A DNA stretch of 64,000 nucleotides from an uncultured Candidatus Saccharibacteria bacterium (GCA_964622505.1 CAZUQJ010000001.1:116957-180956), one strand, 5' to 3'; positions 1-9,346 are shown, counted from the first letter of the stretch. Notes: generated by a model not told the origin, from the letters alone. Program-made: numbers and translations.

Positions 1-2
1 TA

Positions 3-737
3 CTTCAAACAGAAGCCAAGATTTTGAATTTCCCCGACTTAGATCATAATAATGAGATTCCTAAAATTACACTACTTCCAACTGGAGCTCGAGGAAATGC
101 TTTCAAAATTAATTTTTCTGATTCTGCTCATGTGATCAAACCCCTTGAATCTATGCCTGAAAAAGAAATAGCAAATATTGCTTCAAATTTAGGTATTGGT
201 CCAAAACAATTTAAATCAAAAGAATATTTTTTACACGAAGAATTTATTGATGGAACACCACTTTTAAAATTGGAACAAGATAAATGTACCCCAGATTATA
301 TGGAGAAGCTTGGTTCAAAATTTGGAAAAGCTTTCAAAACATTGCATGAAAATAACATACTTATAAATGATCAAATTCTAACTGATGATCTTGGTAAATC
401 TCATATGATTATAGATAAAGCTGGAGAAGTACGGTTTGTTGACTTTGGCGCATCTATAGATATTAGCGATTACCCCAATATCTCTGATGAATCAGTAATT
501 TCTTTGATACGGACCGATCCATTTATGGCATTTAAAATGATGAACATTGATTTTTCATCAGAAGGACAAAAAAAAGAATTAATAAAAGGTTACAAAGAGA
601 ATATACTTTCTGAAATGAAAACCAAAGAGGATTTATTGAGAAAAGATATTCAACTTTTAAATGAAGGACTTTTTTTCCTAAGAGATAGATTACCAAATGT
701 TGATTATTTTATACAAGGGATTAATAGTATAAAATAG
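3..737 (+). CDS. Protein kinase-like fold protein (Bud32/RIO/APH-like), probably 5'-truncated by window edge
   Basis: Frame is open from the window start; motifs VIK, E-F-I-D-G hinge, LHENNILIND catalytic-loop-like segment, VRFVDFG. Confidence 0.55.
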   Translation, partial: LQTEAKILNFPDLDHNNEIPKITLLPTGARGNAFKINFSDSAHVIKPLESMPEKEIANIASNLGIGPKQFKSKEYFLHEEFIDGTPLLKLEQDKCTPDYMEKLGSKFGKAFKTLHENNILINDQILTDDLGKSHMIIDKAGEVRFVDFGASIDISDYPNISDESVISLIRTDPFMAFKMMNIDFSSEGQKKELIKGYKENILSEMKTKEDLLRKDIQLLNEGLFFLRDRLPNVDYFIQGINSIK

Positions 738-739
738 CA

Positions 740-1414
740 ATGCTCCGCAGGCTCAAAACCCCACTAATTCTAATCGCGGTATTTGCGTCACTTATCTTGA
801 TTTGGCGGATTTTCGACTTGCCACCTGATGATGTACTAATACAAATGGTAAAAGGCTATTTTATTAAATACGGTATTATTACAGTATTCCTAGCATCATT
901 GATCGAAGGCATGCTATTGGTGGGTGTATATTTACCGGGTGGAATGGTTATATTCCTCGGGGTATTAACATCGCTTGGTGACCCCGAGCGCGCCACACTC
1001 TCTGTAATTATGACTATTTTAGGTCTTGGGTTGGCATACATATTTAATTACTTTTTAGGTAAACATGGCTGGTATAAAATATTGGTAAAATTTGGCATGA
1101 GGCAATCATTGCTCGATGCCGAGGCTAATTTGCAAAAGCATCACCAACGCGCTATTTATATGTCGTACTGGCAACCCAATCTTGCTTCGTTTGTTTCCAC
1201 AGCATCAGGGATTTTAAAAACAGATTTTAAAAAGTTTTTTATACATTCGACTATCGCCACAATTGTGTGGTGTACATTTTGGGGTACAACCGCGTATCTT
1301 TTGGGTGACAAAGTCCTGACATACTTGGGGCCAATATTTTTTGCAGTAATGCTGGGCTGGATTGGCTCAATAATATGGGGGCATTACAAAGGGCCCAATA
1401 ACATAAAAACATAA
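740..1414 (+). CDS. DedA/SNARE-associated membrane protein
   Basis: IEG..VG..LPG motif, NYFLGK, several TM helices. Confidence 0.8.
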   Translation: MLRRLKTPLILIAVFASLILIWRIFDLPPDDVLIQMVKGYFIKYGIITVFLASLIEGMLLVGVYLPGGMVIFLGVLTSLGDPERATLSVIMTILGLGLAYIFNYFLGKHGWYKILVKFGMRQSLLDAEANLQKHHQRAIYMSYWQPNLASFVSTASGILKTDFKKFFIHSTIATIVWCTFWGTTAYLLGDKVLTYLGPIFFAVMLGWIGSIIWGHYKGPNNIKT

Positions 1415-1464
1415 ATATTACCCATTTTAACCCAATATTTACGTTTTTATGATAAAATATTTAT

Positions 1465-1962
1465 ATGAGCAATAACTATGCTTTCATAGATAGTCAAAAT
1501 TTAAACCTCGGGATTCAAGGTCTTGGTTGGAAGTTGGACTTCAAAAGATTCCGTATATATTTAAAAGAAAAATATGGTGTTACAAAAGCCTTTTTATTCA
1601 TTGGCTACATCGAAGGAAATAATATTTTATATACATCTTTACAAGAAGCTGGATTTATTTGTATATTCAAGCCAACACTAAAACATAAAGACGGAACAAC
1701 AAAAGGCAACTGCGATGCAGAGCTTGTTTTGCAATCAATGATCGAATACTTAAATTTTGATAAAGCTATTATTGTCAGTGGTGATGGAGATTTTCATTGC
1801 CTAATAAACTACTTTATAGAAAAGGAAAAGCTTCAGGCCGTTTTAATACCAAACAAACTTAGATTCTCAGCACTTTTAAAGATGCATTATGTAAAGCCGT
1901 ATCTCAGATTTATGAACGATTTAGAGCATAAGTTAGCGTATAAAAAAGAAAAGGCCCCTTAA
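1465..1962 (+). CDS. NYN domain (LabA/DUF88) PIN-like nuclease
   Basis: FIDSQNL, KGNCDAEL, IVSGDGDF acidic motifs. Confidence 0.9.
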   Translation: MSNNYAFIDSQNLNLGIQGLGWKLDFKRFRIYLKEKYGVTKAFLFIGYIEGNNILYTSLQEAGFICIFKPTLKHKDGTTKGNCDAELVLQSMIEYLNFDKAIIVSGDGDFHCLINYFIEKEKLQAVLIPNKLRFSALLKMHYVKPYLRFMNDLEHKLAYKKEKAP

Positions 1963-2001
1963 GGACAAAACCTTAAAGGGTAATCTCTTCCATTCGTGAT
2001 A
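1942..2001 (-). ncRNA. Candidate antisense small RNA convergent on the NYN gene 3' end
   Basis: Minus-strand TTGACT(2036-2031)-18-TGcTATAAT(-10 at 2012-2007), then hairpin CCCTTTAAGG/CCTTAAGGGG with U-tract overlapping the NYN stop. Confidence 0.5.
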
Positions 2002-2065
2002 TGCATATTATAGCAGTTACGAGCGTTCGTAGTCAAGGTCTTGTGGAAAAGTCAAAAAGGCTATT

Positions 2066-2386
2066 TTAGGGCTTAATACTTGGGCGGGGCGCGGGGCCAG
2101 CCCCGCGCCCCAAGGCCACACTGGCATGTACCATGTGGCATTCCTGTACCCATCACGATTAGAATTGGCCAAAGTCTTGAAGCATTTGATAGACAACAAT
2201 TACCCCATAGACGGCACCGCCGACCATGGCGTTTCCGAGGCCATATACCTGCGCGACCCCGACAATAACGGTGTCGAAATCTACGCCGACAGACCCAAAA
2301 AGGATTGGAAGGTAACCAACGACGGCATGGTAGAAATGCTAACCGAGCCCCTCGACATAAACGACTTTTTAAAAGAGCTTGAGTAA
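2066..2386 (+). pseudogene. 5'-truncated VOC/glyoxalase (catechol dioxygenase-like) fragment
   Basis: LGLNTW..GMYHVAFLYP..DHGVSEAIYLRDPDNNGVEIYADRP; in-frame TAG at 2030 and N-terminal half absent; visibly GC-richer than flanks. Confidence 0.75.
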
Positions 2387-2424
2387 CGAACTCTGTATTT
2401 TTGTGGTATTATGATTCTATAAAT

Positions 2425-5400
2425 ATGCATGAATATATAAAAAACATAGCTCAAAAATTTGCTCGCAATGATGTAGCAAATGGACGCGAAATGATATACC
2501 GTACTGATTTTGAGAATCTTTTGAAAGATATTTTTCAGGCTGACGGCAAGGTGACTCAAATTAATCACGACTCTACTAGTGATAATGGTAACAAGCCTGA
2601 TTTTGTAATTTCAAAAAACGGTGTACCAATTCTATATATTGAAGCAAAAGATATTGGGGTAGATCTTAATAAGATCGAAAATAGTAATCAAATGCATCGT
2701 TATTTTGGCTATGGTAACCTAATTTTGACGGATTATGTAGAATTTCGTTTTTACAGAAACGGTGAAAGATATGGAAATCCTATTAGTATTGCTAGTATTG
2801 ATAAATTAAATCGTACAATATCCGAACTTTCGCAAAACTTTTCATTACTTTCTAAAACTATTACCGACTTTGCTTCTTCTTACAAAGAGCCTATTAAAAA
2901 AGGTTCTCATTTGGCAAGAATAATGGGAGGTAAGGCAATGCGTATTCGAGATAATGTAAAAGATATGCTCCTTAGTGATAATGAAAAATTTAGTGACTTA
3001 CAAAAAATTTTGAATGTTGTGAAAGAAAATTTAGTAGCTAGTTTAGATAACGAAACATTTGCAGACATGTATGCTCAGACGTTGGTTTATGGATTGTTTG
3101 CGGCAAGATATAATGATAAATCTCCAAATGATTTTTCTCGATCAGAGGCAAGAGATCTGGTGCCTAAAACAAATCCATTTTTGAGAGAATTTTTTAATCA
3201 CATTGCTGGACCATCTTTTCCAGATAGGCTTCGTTATATTGTAGATGAACTTTGCGAAGTTTTTACACATGCAAATGTACATACACTTATGCATGAATAT
3301 TTTAAAAAAGAAAATTTATTTGGTGAAGTATATGAAAGTCCTGACCCAGTAATCCATTTTTACGAAGATTTTCTAAAAGAATATGATATAAAAAAGAAAA
3401 TGGAAATGGGAGTATTTTATACTCCACGACCTGTTGTGAGGTTTATTGTGCGAGCAGTTGATGACATTTTAAAAAATGAATTTGGTCTTGCCAGAGGTCT
3501 TGCTGATACTACAAAAATCCAAATAGAAAAAAAGGAAATTGATCAAAAAACTGGTAAAGAAAAGAAAGTCCAAAAAGAATATCATAAAGTTCAAGTTCTT
3601 GATATTGCCACAGGTACAGGTACATTCCTTAATGAGGTCATCCATAATATTTACGCAAATTTTTCTGGACAAGAAGGCCGTTGGGTATCGTATGTTGAAA
3701 ATGATTTATTGCCAAGATTACATGGTTTTGAGTTAATGATGGCATCGTATACTATTGCTCATTTGAAATTAGGTATGACCTTGTATGACACAAAGGCTGG
3801 TGATCTGAAAACTCGTCTCGGGGTTTACCTTACAAATACACTGGACGCTCCCGTAGACTACGCTAATCAAGGTAGTTTGTTTGGATTAATGGATAGTATT
3901 GCCCAGGAGAGTAAAAATGCATCTAGAATAAAATCTGAATACCCGATAATGTGTGTTATTGGCAATCCTCCATATTCAGGCATTTCAATGAATAAGCAGT
4001 ACACAGAAAATAATGATTACAAAGTTGAAATCGGTGGTAAACAAAAATTACAGGAAAAGAAAAATTGGCTCGATGATGACTATGTTAAATTTATTCGATT
4101 TGCAGAAAGCTTGATTGAGAAAAATGGTGAGGGTATAGTAGGAATGATCACCGCCCATGGCTATATAGATAACCCAACATTTCGTGGTATGCGTTGGCAT
4201 TTACGGAACACTTTTGACAAAATATATGTTTTAGACTTGCATGGTAATAGTAATAAAAAAGAAACAAGCCTTGATGGCAGCAAAGACGAAAATATTTTTG
4301 ATATTAAAACAGGTGTATCAATAATTTTGGGTATTAAAAAGCAAGGTAATATAAAAGATAAAAAATTAGCTCAAATCTACAAATCAGATTTTTATGGCCT
4401 TCGTAAAGATAAATTTAAAAATATTGAAAATGCAACTATCGATAATTTAAACTGGACAGAGCTCCCAGAAAACAGTGATTTGTGGGTATTAGAAGGAAAA
4501 GGTAAATTAGAATATAAAAAAGGTTTTTCGATGACAGAAATATTTCCCAAAAATACTACTGGTATAGTCACTATGGGGGATAGTTTTATTATCGATGAAA
4601 ATAGGGATGTTTTAACAAAAAGAATTGATGAATTTTTGCAAAATGATATATCTGAGAATGACCTAAAGCATAAATATGATTTAGGTAAAAATTACGCAAA
4701 GTGGATTATTGATAATAAAAAGAAAATCGAAAATAATCATTTAAAAATAGTACCGCTGTCGTATAGGCCTTTTGACATAAGGTATACTTATTTTGATAAA
4801 AATTTGGTATGGAGAACTAGAGGTGATGTAATGTACGGTTTAGTAAAAAAAGAAAACCTAGGCTTAGTTTTTGCTAGGTCACAAAGGAATCCTGAATTTA
4901 ATGCCGTTTTTATTTGTAACTCTATAATAGAGACCAAGTGCGGTGAAGCAAGTACTCAATCAGCTGTAGCCCCTATTTATTTATACACAGAAAACGGAGA
5001 AAAAATTTCCAACTTAAATAAAGAAATTTGGAATAAGATTAATGATGTGGTGGGTAATACTACACCCGAAGATATTTTGGATTATATTTATGCAAGTCTG
5101 CATTCGCCAAAATACCGCGAAACTTACAAAGAATTTTTAAAAATTGATTTTCCTAGAGTTCAATACCCAACTGACAAAAAAGAATTTGAAAGACTGGTAA
5201 AGCTTGGCTCAAAATTACGAGAACTTCATTTAATGACTGATCCAGAATGTGAAAATTTAATTACAACTTATTCACAATCGGGTAGTGATGTAGTAGAAAA
5301 GGTAAAATATGAAAATGGTAATGTTTATATAAACGACGCGCAGTATTTCGGCAATGTACCAGAAATTTCATGGAGTTTCTATATAGGTGGCTACCAACCT

Positions 5401-5523
5401 GCTCAAAAATACCTTAAAGACAGAAAGGGTAGAAAACTAACCAATGAAGAAATTGAGCATTATCAAAAAATCATTAAGGTATTGTTTGAAACTGATAAAT
5501 TAATGAAGGAAATAGATAAGTAG
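2425..5523 (+). CDS. Type IIG / type ISP-like restriction-modification fusion (nuclease + N6-adenine MTase + TRD)
   Basis: KPDF..IEAK PD-(D/E)xK motif, GVFYTP, LDIATGTGTFL (motif I), GNPPY (motif IV), YRPFD C-terminal specificity region; no helicase; ATG start at 2425 preferred. Confidence 0.88.
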   Translation: MHEYIKNIAQKFARNDVANGREMIYRTDFENLLKDIFQADGKVTQINHDSTSDNGNKPDFVISKNGVPILYIEAKDIGVDLNKIENSNQMHRYFGYGNLILTDYVEFRFYRNGERYGNPISIASIDKLNRTISELSQNFSLLSKTITDFASSYKEPIKKGSHLARIMGGKAMRIRDNVKDMLLSDNEKFSDLQKILNVVKENLVASLDNETFADMYAQTLVYGLFAARYNDKSPNDFSRSEARDLVPKTNPFLREFFNHIAGPSFPDRLRYIVDELCEVFTHANVHTLMHEYFKKENLFGEVYESPDPVIHFYEDFLKEYDIKKKMEMGVFYTPRPVVRFIVRAVDDILKNEFGLARGLADTTKIQIEKKEIDQKTGKEKKVQKEYHKVQVLDIATGTGTFLNEVIHNIYANFSGQEGRWVSYVENDLLPRLHGFELMMASYTIAHLKLGMTLYDTKAGDLKTRLGVYLTNTLDAPVDYANQGSLFGLMDSIAQESKNASRIKSEYPIMCVIGNPPYSGISMNKQYTENNDYKVEIGGKQKLQEKKNWLDDDYVKFIRFAESLIEKNGEGIVGMITAHGYIDNPTFRGMRWHLRNTFDKIYVLDLHGNSNKKETSLDGSKDENIFDIKTGVSIILGIKKQGNIKDKKLAQIYKSDFYGLRKDKFKNIENATIDNLNWTELPENSDLWVLEGKGKLEYKKGFSMTEIFPKNTTGIVTMGDSFIIDENRDVLTKRIDEFLQNDISENDLKHKYDLGKNYAKWIIDNKKKIENNHLKIVPLSYRPFDIRYTYFDKNLVWRTRGDVMYGLVKKENLGLVFARSQRNPEFNAVFICNSIIETKCGEASTQSAVAPIYLYTENGEKISNLNKEIWNKINDVVGNTTPEDILDYIYASLHSPKYRETYKEFLKIDFPRVQYPTDKKEFERLVKLGSKLRELHLMTDPECENLITTYSQSGSDVVEKVKYENGNVYINDAQYFGNVPEISWSFYIGGYQPAQKYLKDRKGRKLTNEEIEHYQKIIKVLFETDKLMKEIDK

Positions 5524-5554
5524 CTTTTCAATTTAATTATTGTAAAATATAGTA

Positions 5555-6256
5555 ATGAATTCTGAAGAGCTAAAAATTAAAGAAAATGCAGAAGAATTCG
5601 CAAGGTCGAATAAAAAGAAAATTGCGAAAGACATAATTTCTTTGTATGAATCAGAGCCGAATCCTGTTTCTGTTTTCATGGCAGGATCTCCTGGTGCAGG
5701 CAAAACAGAATCTTCGAGGTGGCTTATTAAAAAACTTACAGGGAACGACGATTCTATTTTAAGAATTGACCCTGATGAGTTGAGGAAATATTTTGAAGAA
5801 TACAACGGAAAAAATTCTAATTTATTTCAAGGTGCAACATCTATACTTGCAGAAAAAATACACGATTTTGCAATTGATGGTAGTAAGAGTTTTGTTTTTG
5901 ATACAACTTTTTCTAAATTAAATAAAGCTCAACAAAATATTAAAAGATCACTAGACCACAAAAGATCAGTCCAAATAATATATGTTTATCAAGACCCTTT
6001 GCAAGCTTGGGAATTTGTGAAGGCACGTGAATTAAAAGATGGAAGAAATGTTCCAAAAGATTCATTTATCGAAGAGTACTTTAATGCTAGAGTTGTAGTA
6101 AATCAGATAAAAAAAGATTTTCCAGATATTACATTATATATACTTATAAAGAATATTGACGGGACAACCGAGAAATATAAAGAAAATGTTGACAGTATTG
6201 ACAAATATGTTAAAGAGAACTATACTATCGATAGTTTAAATAATGTGTTACAATAA
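5555..6256 (+). CDS. Zeta toxin family P-loop kinase
   Basis: FMAGSPGAGKTE Walker A, RIDPDELR, FVFDTTF, GRNVP. Confidence 0.85.
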   Translation: MNSEELKIKENAEEFARSNKKKIAKDIISLYESEPNPVSVFMAGSPGAGKTESSRWLIKKLTGNDDSILRIDPDELRKYFEEYNGKNSNLFQGATSILAEKIHDFAIDGSKSFVFDTTFSKLNKAQQNIKRSLDHKRSVQIIYVYQDPLQAWEFVKARELKDGRNVPKDSFIEEYFNARVVVNQIKKDFPDITLYILIKNIDGTTEKYKENVDSIDKYVKENYTIDSLNNVLQ

Positions 6257-6260
6257 TTAT

Positions 6261-6425
6261 ATGCTTAGCTTTTTAACTACAAATTCTAAAAAAGATACTG
6301 AATTCTCTAGGTTTTTTAGAGAGGCTTCTTCTGGTGAAAAAAAGAAAGTTTTTAAAGAAGTAATTCGTAAAGCTACTGAAGATCAAAGGAAAATATTAAA
6401 TAAATCAACTACAAAAACCGCTTAA
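6261..6425 (+). CDS. Small protein downstream of zeta toxin, candidate antitoxin
   Basis: 54 aa, FSRFFREASSGEKKKVF; own TGtTACAAT element 6 nt upstream of the ATG; followed by terminator. Confidence 0.6.
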   Translation: MLSFLTTNSKKDTEFSRFFREASSGEKKKVFKEVIRKATEDQRKILNKSTTKTA

Positions 6426-6435
6426 ATGCGGTTTT
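6414..6435 (+). terminator. Intrinsic terminator
   Basis: AAAACCGC-ttaaat-GCGGTTTT. Confidence 0.7.
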
Positions 6436-6544
6436 CGTTTTAATGGATATAATGTCCGAGATTTATAACGAATTAAAAAAGTACGCTAGTGCTACACGGC
6501 AAAAGTCTAGGGTGATAAATTTGTTTTCGTGGTAAGATGAATTT

Positions 6545-7180
6545 ATGAATAAAAATATAATCACCATACTAATCGTTCTTGCTGTCATTGTTGTGCTCTG
6601 GTCTATTTGGGGATTTTTTGGTTCTCGGGTTGAGCAGGCAGAATATACCGTAGTCAGAAAGAATAAAAATTACGAAGTTCGCACATACCCACGGCACATT
6701 GTGGCGCAAGCAACTCTTTCTGGAGATTACACGGGGGCGATGAATTCTGGGTTCTCGATTGTAGCTGGATATATTTTTGGTGGTAATACTAAAAAAGAAA
6801 AGATCGCCATGACTGCCCCTGTGGTAGAAAAGGCTGGTATATCAGAAAAGATCGCCATGACTGCGCCCGTGGTCGTAGCAGGCGATGAGGGTAGCCGTAC
6901 TATTTCATTTGGTATACCAAAAGGTTATACACTCGAAACCTTGCCTGTGCCAAATGATAAAAGAGTCCAAATAGTAGAAATTCCAGAGAAGAATTTTGCG
7001 GTGGCTCGATTTTATGGATACCGTAATTCAAGCATGATAGAAAAAGCTACCAAAGAATTAAAAGAAAAACTAGTAGAAGATAAAATAGAAATTGTTGGCT
7101 CCCCAAGCTACGCCGGCTACAACGCACCAGGGACTCCACCGTGGATGACTAGAAACGAGGTTTTGATAGAGATAAAATAA
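6545..7180 (+). CDS. SOUL heme-binding protein
   Basis: YEVRTY, GYIFGGN, EKIAMTAPV (twice), YNAPGTPPWMTRNEV. Confidence 0.9.
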   Translation: MNKNIITILIVLAVIVVLWSIWGFFGSRVEQAEYTVVRKNKNYEVRTYPRHIVAQATLSGDYTGAMNSGFSIVAGYIFGGNTKKEKIAMTAPVVEKAGISEKIAMTAPVVVAGDEGSRTISFGIPKGYTLETLPVPNDKRVQIVEIPEKNFAVARFYGYRNSSMIEKATKELKEKLVEDKIEIVGSPSYAGYNAPGTPPWMTRNEVLIEIK

Positions 7181-7184
7181 TTAT

Positions 7185-7868
7185 ATGAAAATCGAAGTTA
7201 TAAAGTCATTAAATGATGCTAGTAGGGCTACAGATCTTGCTGTGGTGATCGATGTATTTCGTGCTTTTACTACCGAGGCGTATTTGTTTGCCAATGGTGC
7301 TGAAAAGATTATCCCAGTTTTGGGTTTAGAAGAAGCGTATAAATTAAAAAGTGAAAATCCAGATTATATATTGATTGGCGAAAGAGGCGGGTTGAAGCCT
7401 GAAGGCTTTGACTTTGGAAATAGTCCAACCGAAATTTTTGATGTTGATTTTTCTGGGAAAACTATCATACATACAACCTCTAATGGAACAAAAGGCTTAT
7501 TAAACACTTCGAATGCAAGTGATGTACTAATGGGGAGCTTTGTTATTGCAAATAGCATAATTGAATATATCAAAAAGCATAATCCTGAAAATGTGTATTT
7601 AATTTCTACCGCACCAGACGAAGAAAGTGACAACGAGGATGTATTGCTGGCTTACTACATACAAGATATTTTAAACGGTAAAGAGGTTGACGAGACGGCT
7701 ATCAAGGCAAAGTTGGCGACCACTTCTGCTCATGTCTTTTTATTAACCGAGGCTGGTGTCCCACAAAGTGATATTGATTTGTGCTTAGATTTCAATAGAT
7801 TTAATTTTGTTATTAAGAAGGTTATACAAAATAGCCAAATCTATTTAATGAAAGAAGAGAATTTATAA
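7185..7868 (+). CDS. comB: 2-phosphosulfolactate phosphatase family
   Basis: VVIDVFRAFTT, GERGG..GFDFGNSP, TTSNGT. Confidence 0.85.
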   Translation: MKIEVIKSLNDASRATDLAVVIDVFRAFTTEAYLFANGAEKIIPVLGLEEAYKLKSENPDYILIGERGGLKPEGFDFGNSPTEIFDVDFSGKTIIHTTSNGTKGLLNTSNASDVLMGSFVIANSIIEYIKKHNPENVYLISTAPDEESDNEDVLLAYYIQDILNGKEVDETAIKAKLATTSAHVFLLTEAGVPQSDIDLCLDFNRFNFVIKKVIQNSQIYLMKEENL

Positions 7869-7899
7869 TTTATAATTGTTGTGATAAAATATATTTATT

Positions 7900-8151
7900 A
7901 TGGAACAAAATAAAAAATGTCCGGGGTGTCAAAGTTGTTTAATGCCTTTTAATAAAGATACAGGGGTAAGAGAGAGCGATATATATTGCAGTCTGTGCTA
8001 CAAGGACGGCAAGTTGTGTTACGAGGGTAGCTTAAAAGAATTTCAAAAAATTGTTTATCAAAACATGCGTAAAAATGGGCTAGGATGGTTCAAAGCAAAA
8101 ATGTATACATACATGATTCGCTTCGCCCCACGGTGGAAGAATAAAAAGTAA
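7900..8151 (+). CDS. Zinc-ribbon protein
   Basis: CQSCLMP..YCSLCYKDG..PRW. Confidence 0.75.
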   Translation: MEQNKKCPGCQSCLMPFNKDTGVRESDIYCSLCYKDGKLCYEGSLKEFQKIVYQNMRKNGLGWFKAKMYTYMIRFAPRWKNKK

Positions 8152-8156
8152 CATAC

Positions 8157-8188
8157 AAAAAAGCCTAATCAATTGATTAGGCTTTTTT
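8157..8188. terminator. Bidirectional terminator
   Basis: AAAAAAGCCTAATC-aatt-GATTAGGCTTTTTT between convergent genes. Confidence 0.75.
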
Positions 8189-8413
8189 GATAAATTCGGT
8201 TTTTAAAACTATGCCACGCATGCCGTCTATACTGCATTCTATCTCACCCTCTTCATCGGTTAGGCGAATGTTTTTGGCTTTGGCACCCTTTTTGATAACA
8301 GTGCTACTGCCTTTTAATTTTAAATCTTTGATTAATATAATACTGTCACCATTGGCCAGTATATTACCATTGGCGTCGCGTTGTATAACTACATCTTCGT
8401 CTTCATTTTCCAT
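8177..8413 (-). CDS. PhnA-like protein (C-terminal domain only)
   Basis: DANGNIL..GDS..LIKDLKLKGSS..KKG..KNIRL..LKTEFIKK. Confidence 0.85.
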   Translation of the reverse strand: MENEDEDVVIQRDANGNILANGDSIILIKDLKLKGSSTVIKKGAKAKNIRLTDEEGEIECSIDGMRGIVLKTEFIKKA

Positions 8414-8565
8414 AAAGTCAGTATATACCCATGTGGTTAAAAACCCAAGTTGCGGTGTGCGTCAGGACTTTCGTGGTATAATTTATATATTAAAATTAAT
8501 CTTTAATTTATGTCACACTATTTAGACAGTTATTTAAAATAATTTGTTATGATATAATATTTTCT

Positions 8566-8925
8566 ATGAAAAAGTATAAAATAATGTTTTGGGTTACGAC
8601 TTTATTAATATTTGTTACGCAAGGTGTGATGGAGGTGATTGCTTATTTTAATGGTACAGCAGCTCCTGGTGTTACTGGATTAGGTTACCCATTGTATTTC
8701 GTAGGGTTTATTGTGGTTGCTAAGGTTCTTGGCTCGATTGCATTGGTAGTACCGCAAGTACCAAAAGGTGTGAAGGAATGGGCTTATGCAGGCTTTGCAT
8801 TTGATTTCATAGCAGCACTCGTAAGTATGTATTTTGTTATGGGAGTAAATAGCTTCCTTGCATTTCCAATTATTGCGTTAATCATTTTAAAGGTTTCTCA
8901 TTATTCATATCATAAATTAAATTAA
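8566..8925 (+). CDS. DoxX-like membrane protein
   Basis: LGYPLYF..AKVLG..KEWAYAGF. Confidence 0.85.
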   Translation: MKKYKIMFWVTTLLIFVTQGVMEVIAYFNGTAAPGVTGLGYPLYFVGFIVVAKVLGSIALVVPQVPKGVKEWAYAGFAFDFIAALVSMYFVMGVNSFLAFPIIALIILKVSHYSYHKLN

Positions 8926-8929
8926 ATAT

Positions 8930-9346
8930 ATGTTACCAATAAATTTTTTGGCGATTATTGTGGCGGCAATTGCGGCTTTTGTTGTAGGATTTTTAATGCA
9001 TGGACCAGTCGGGGGTAAATTGTGGATGAAGTTGGCAAATATTGTGCCAACAGGCAAAGAGAAGTTTAGCGATATGGTGCCACAAATGTTGTGGAATTTA
9101 GTAGCAAATATTGTAATGGCTTCTGTAATATCTGTCATTTACTTATTTGCATCAACTTCAGATTATTTGGGTGTAGTTGGGGCAATGGGCGGTATTGTAT
9201 GTGCCTTTGTGATATGGGTCTTTGTTGTTGCAGGGTCTTCTATGGACGTAATCTGGATGGGAAAATCTAAAAAGTTGTGGATGTTTGAATGCTTATCGAC
9301 ACTATTGGTTATGGCCTCAATGGGAATTGTGATTGTAGCTTGGTAA
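8930..9346 (+). CDS. DUF1761 family membrane protein
   Basis: INFLAIIVAAIAAFVVG..GP..GKLW; 4 TM helices. Confidence 0.7.
   Translation: MLPINFLAIIVAAIAAFVVGFLMHGPVGGKLWMKLANIVPTGKEKFSDMVPQMLWNLVANIVMASVISVIYLFASTSDYLGVVGAMGGIVCAFVIWVFVVAGSSMDVIWMGKSKKLWMFECLSTLLVMASMGIVIVAW

Noticed and set aside
6796-6870. Tandem EKIAMTAPV repeat as a mobile or variable repeat
   Set aside because: Normal feature of bacterial SOUL proteins
8187-8525. Shadow ORFs in the track (for example 8187-8525+, 12468-12869-, 20456-20881-, 32444-32854+, 42888-43352+)
   Set aside because: Antisense or out-of-frame overlaps of well-supported genes, with no motifs
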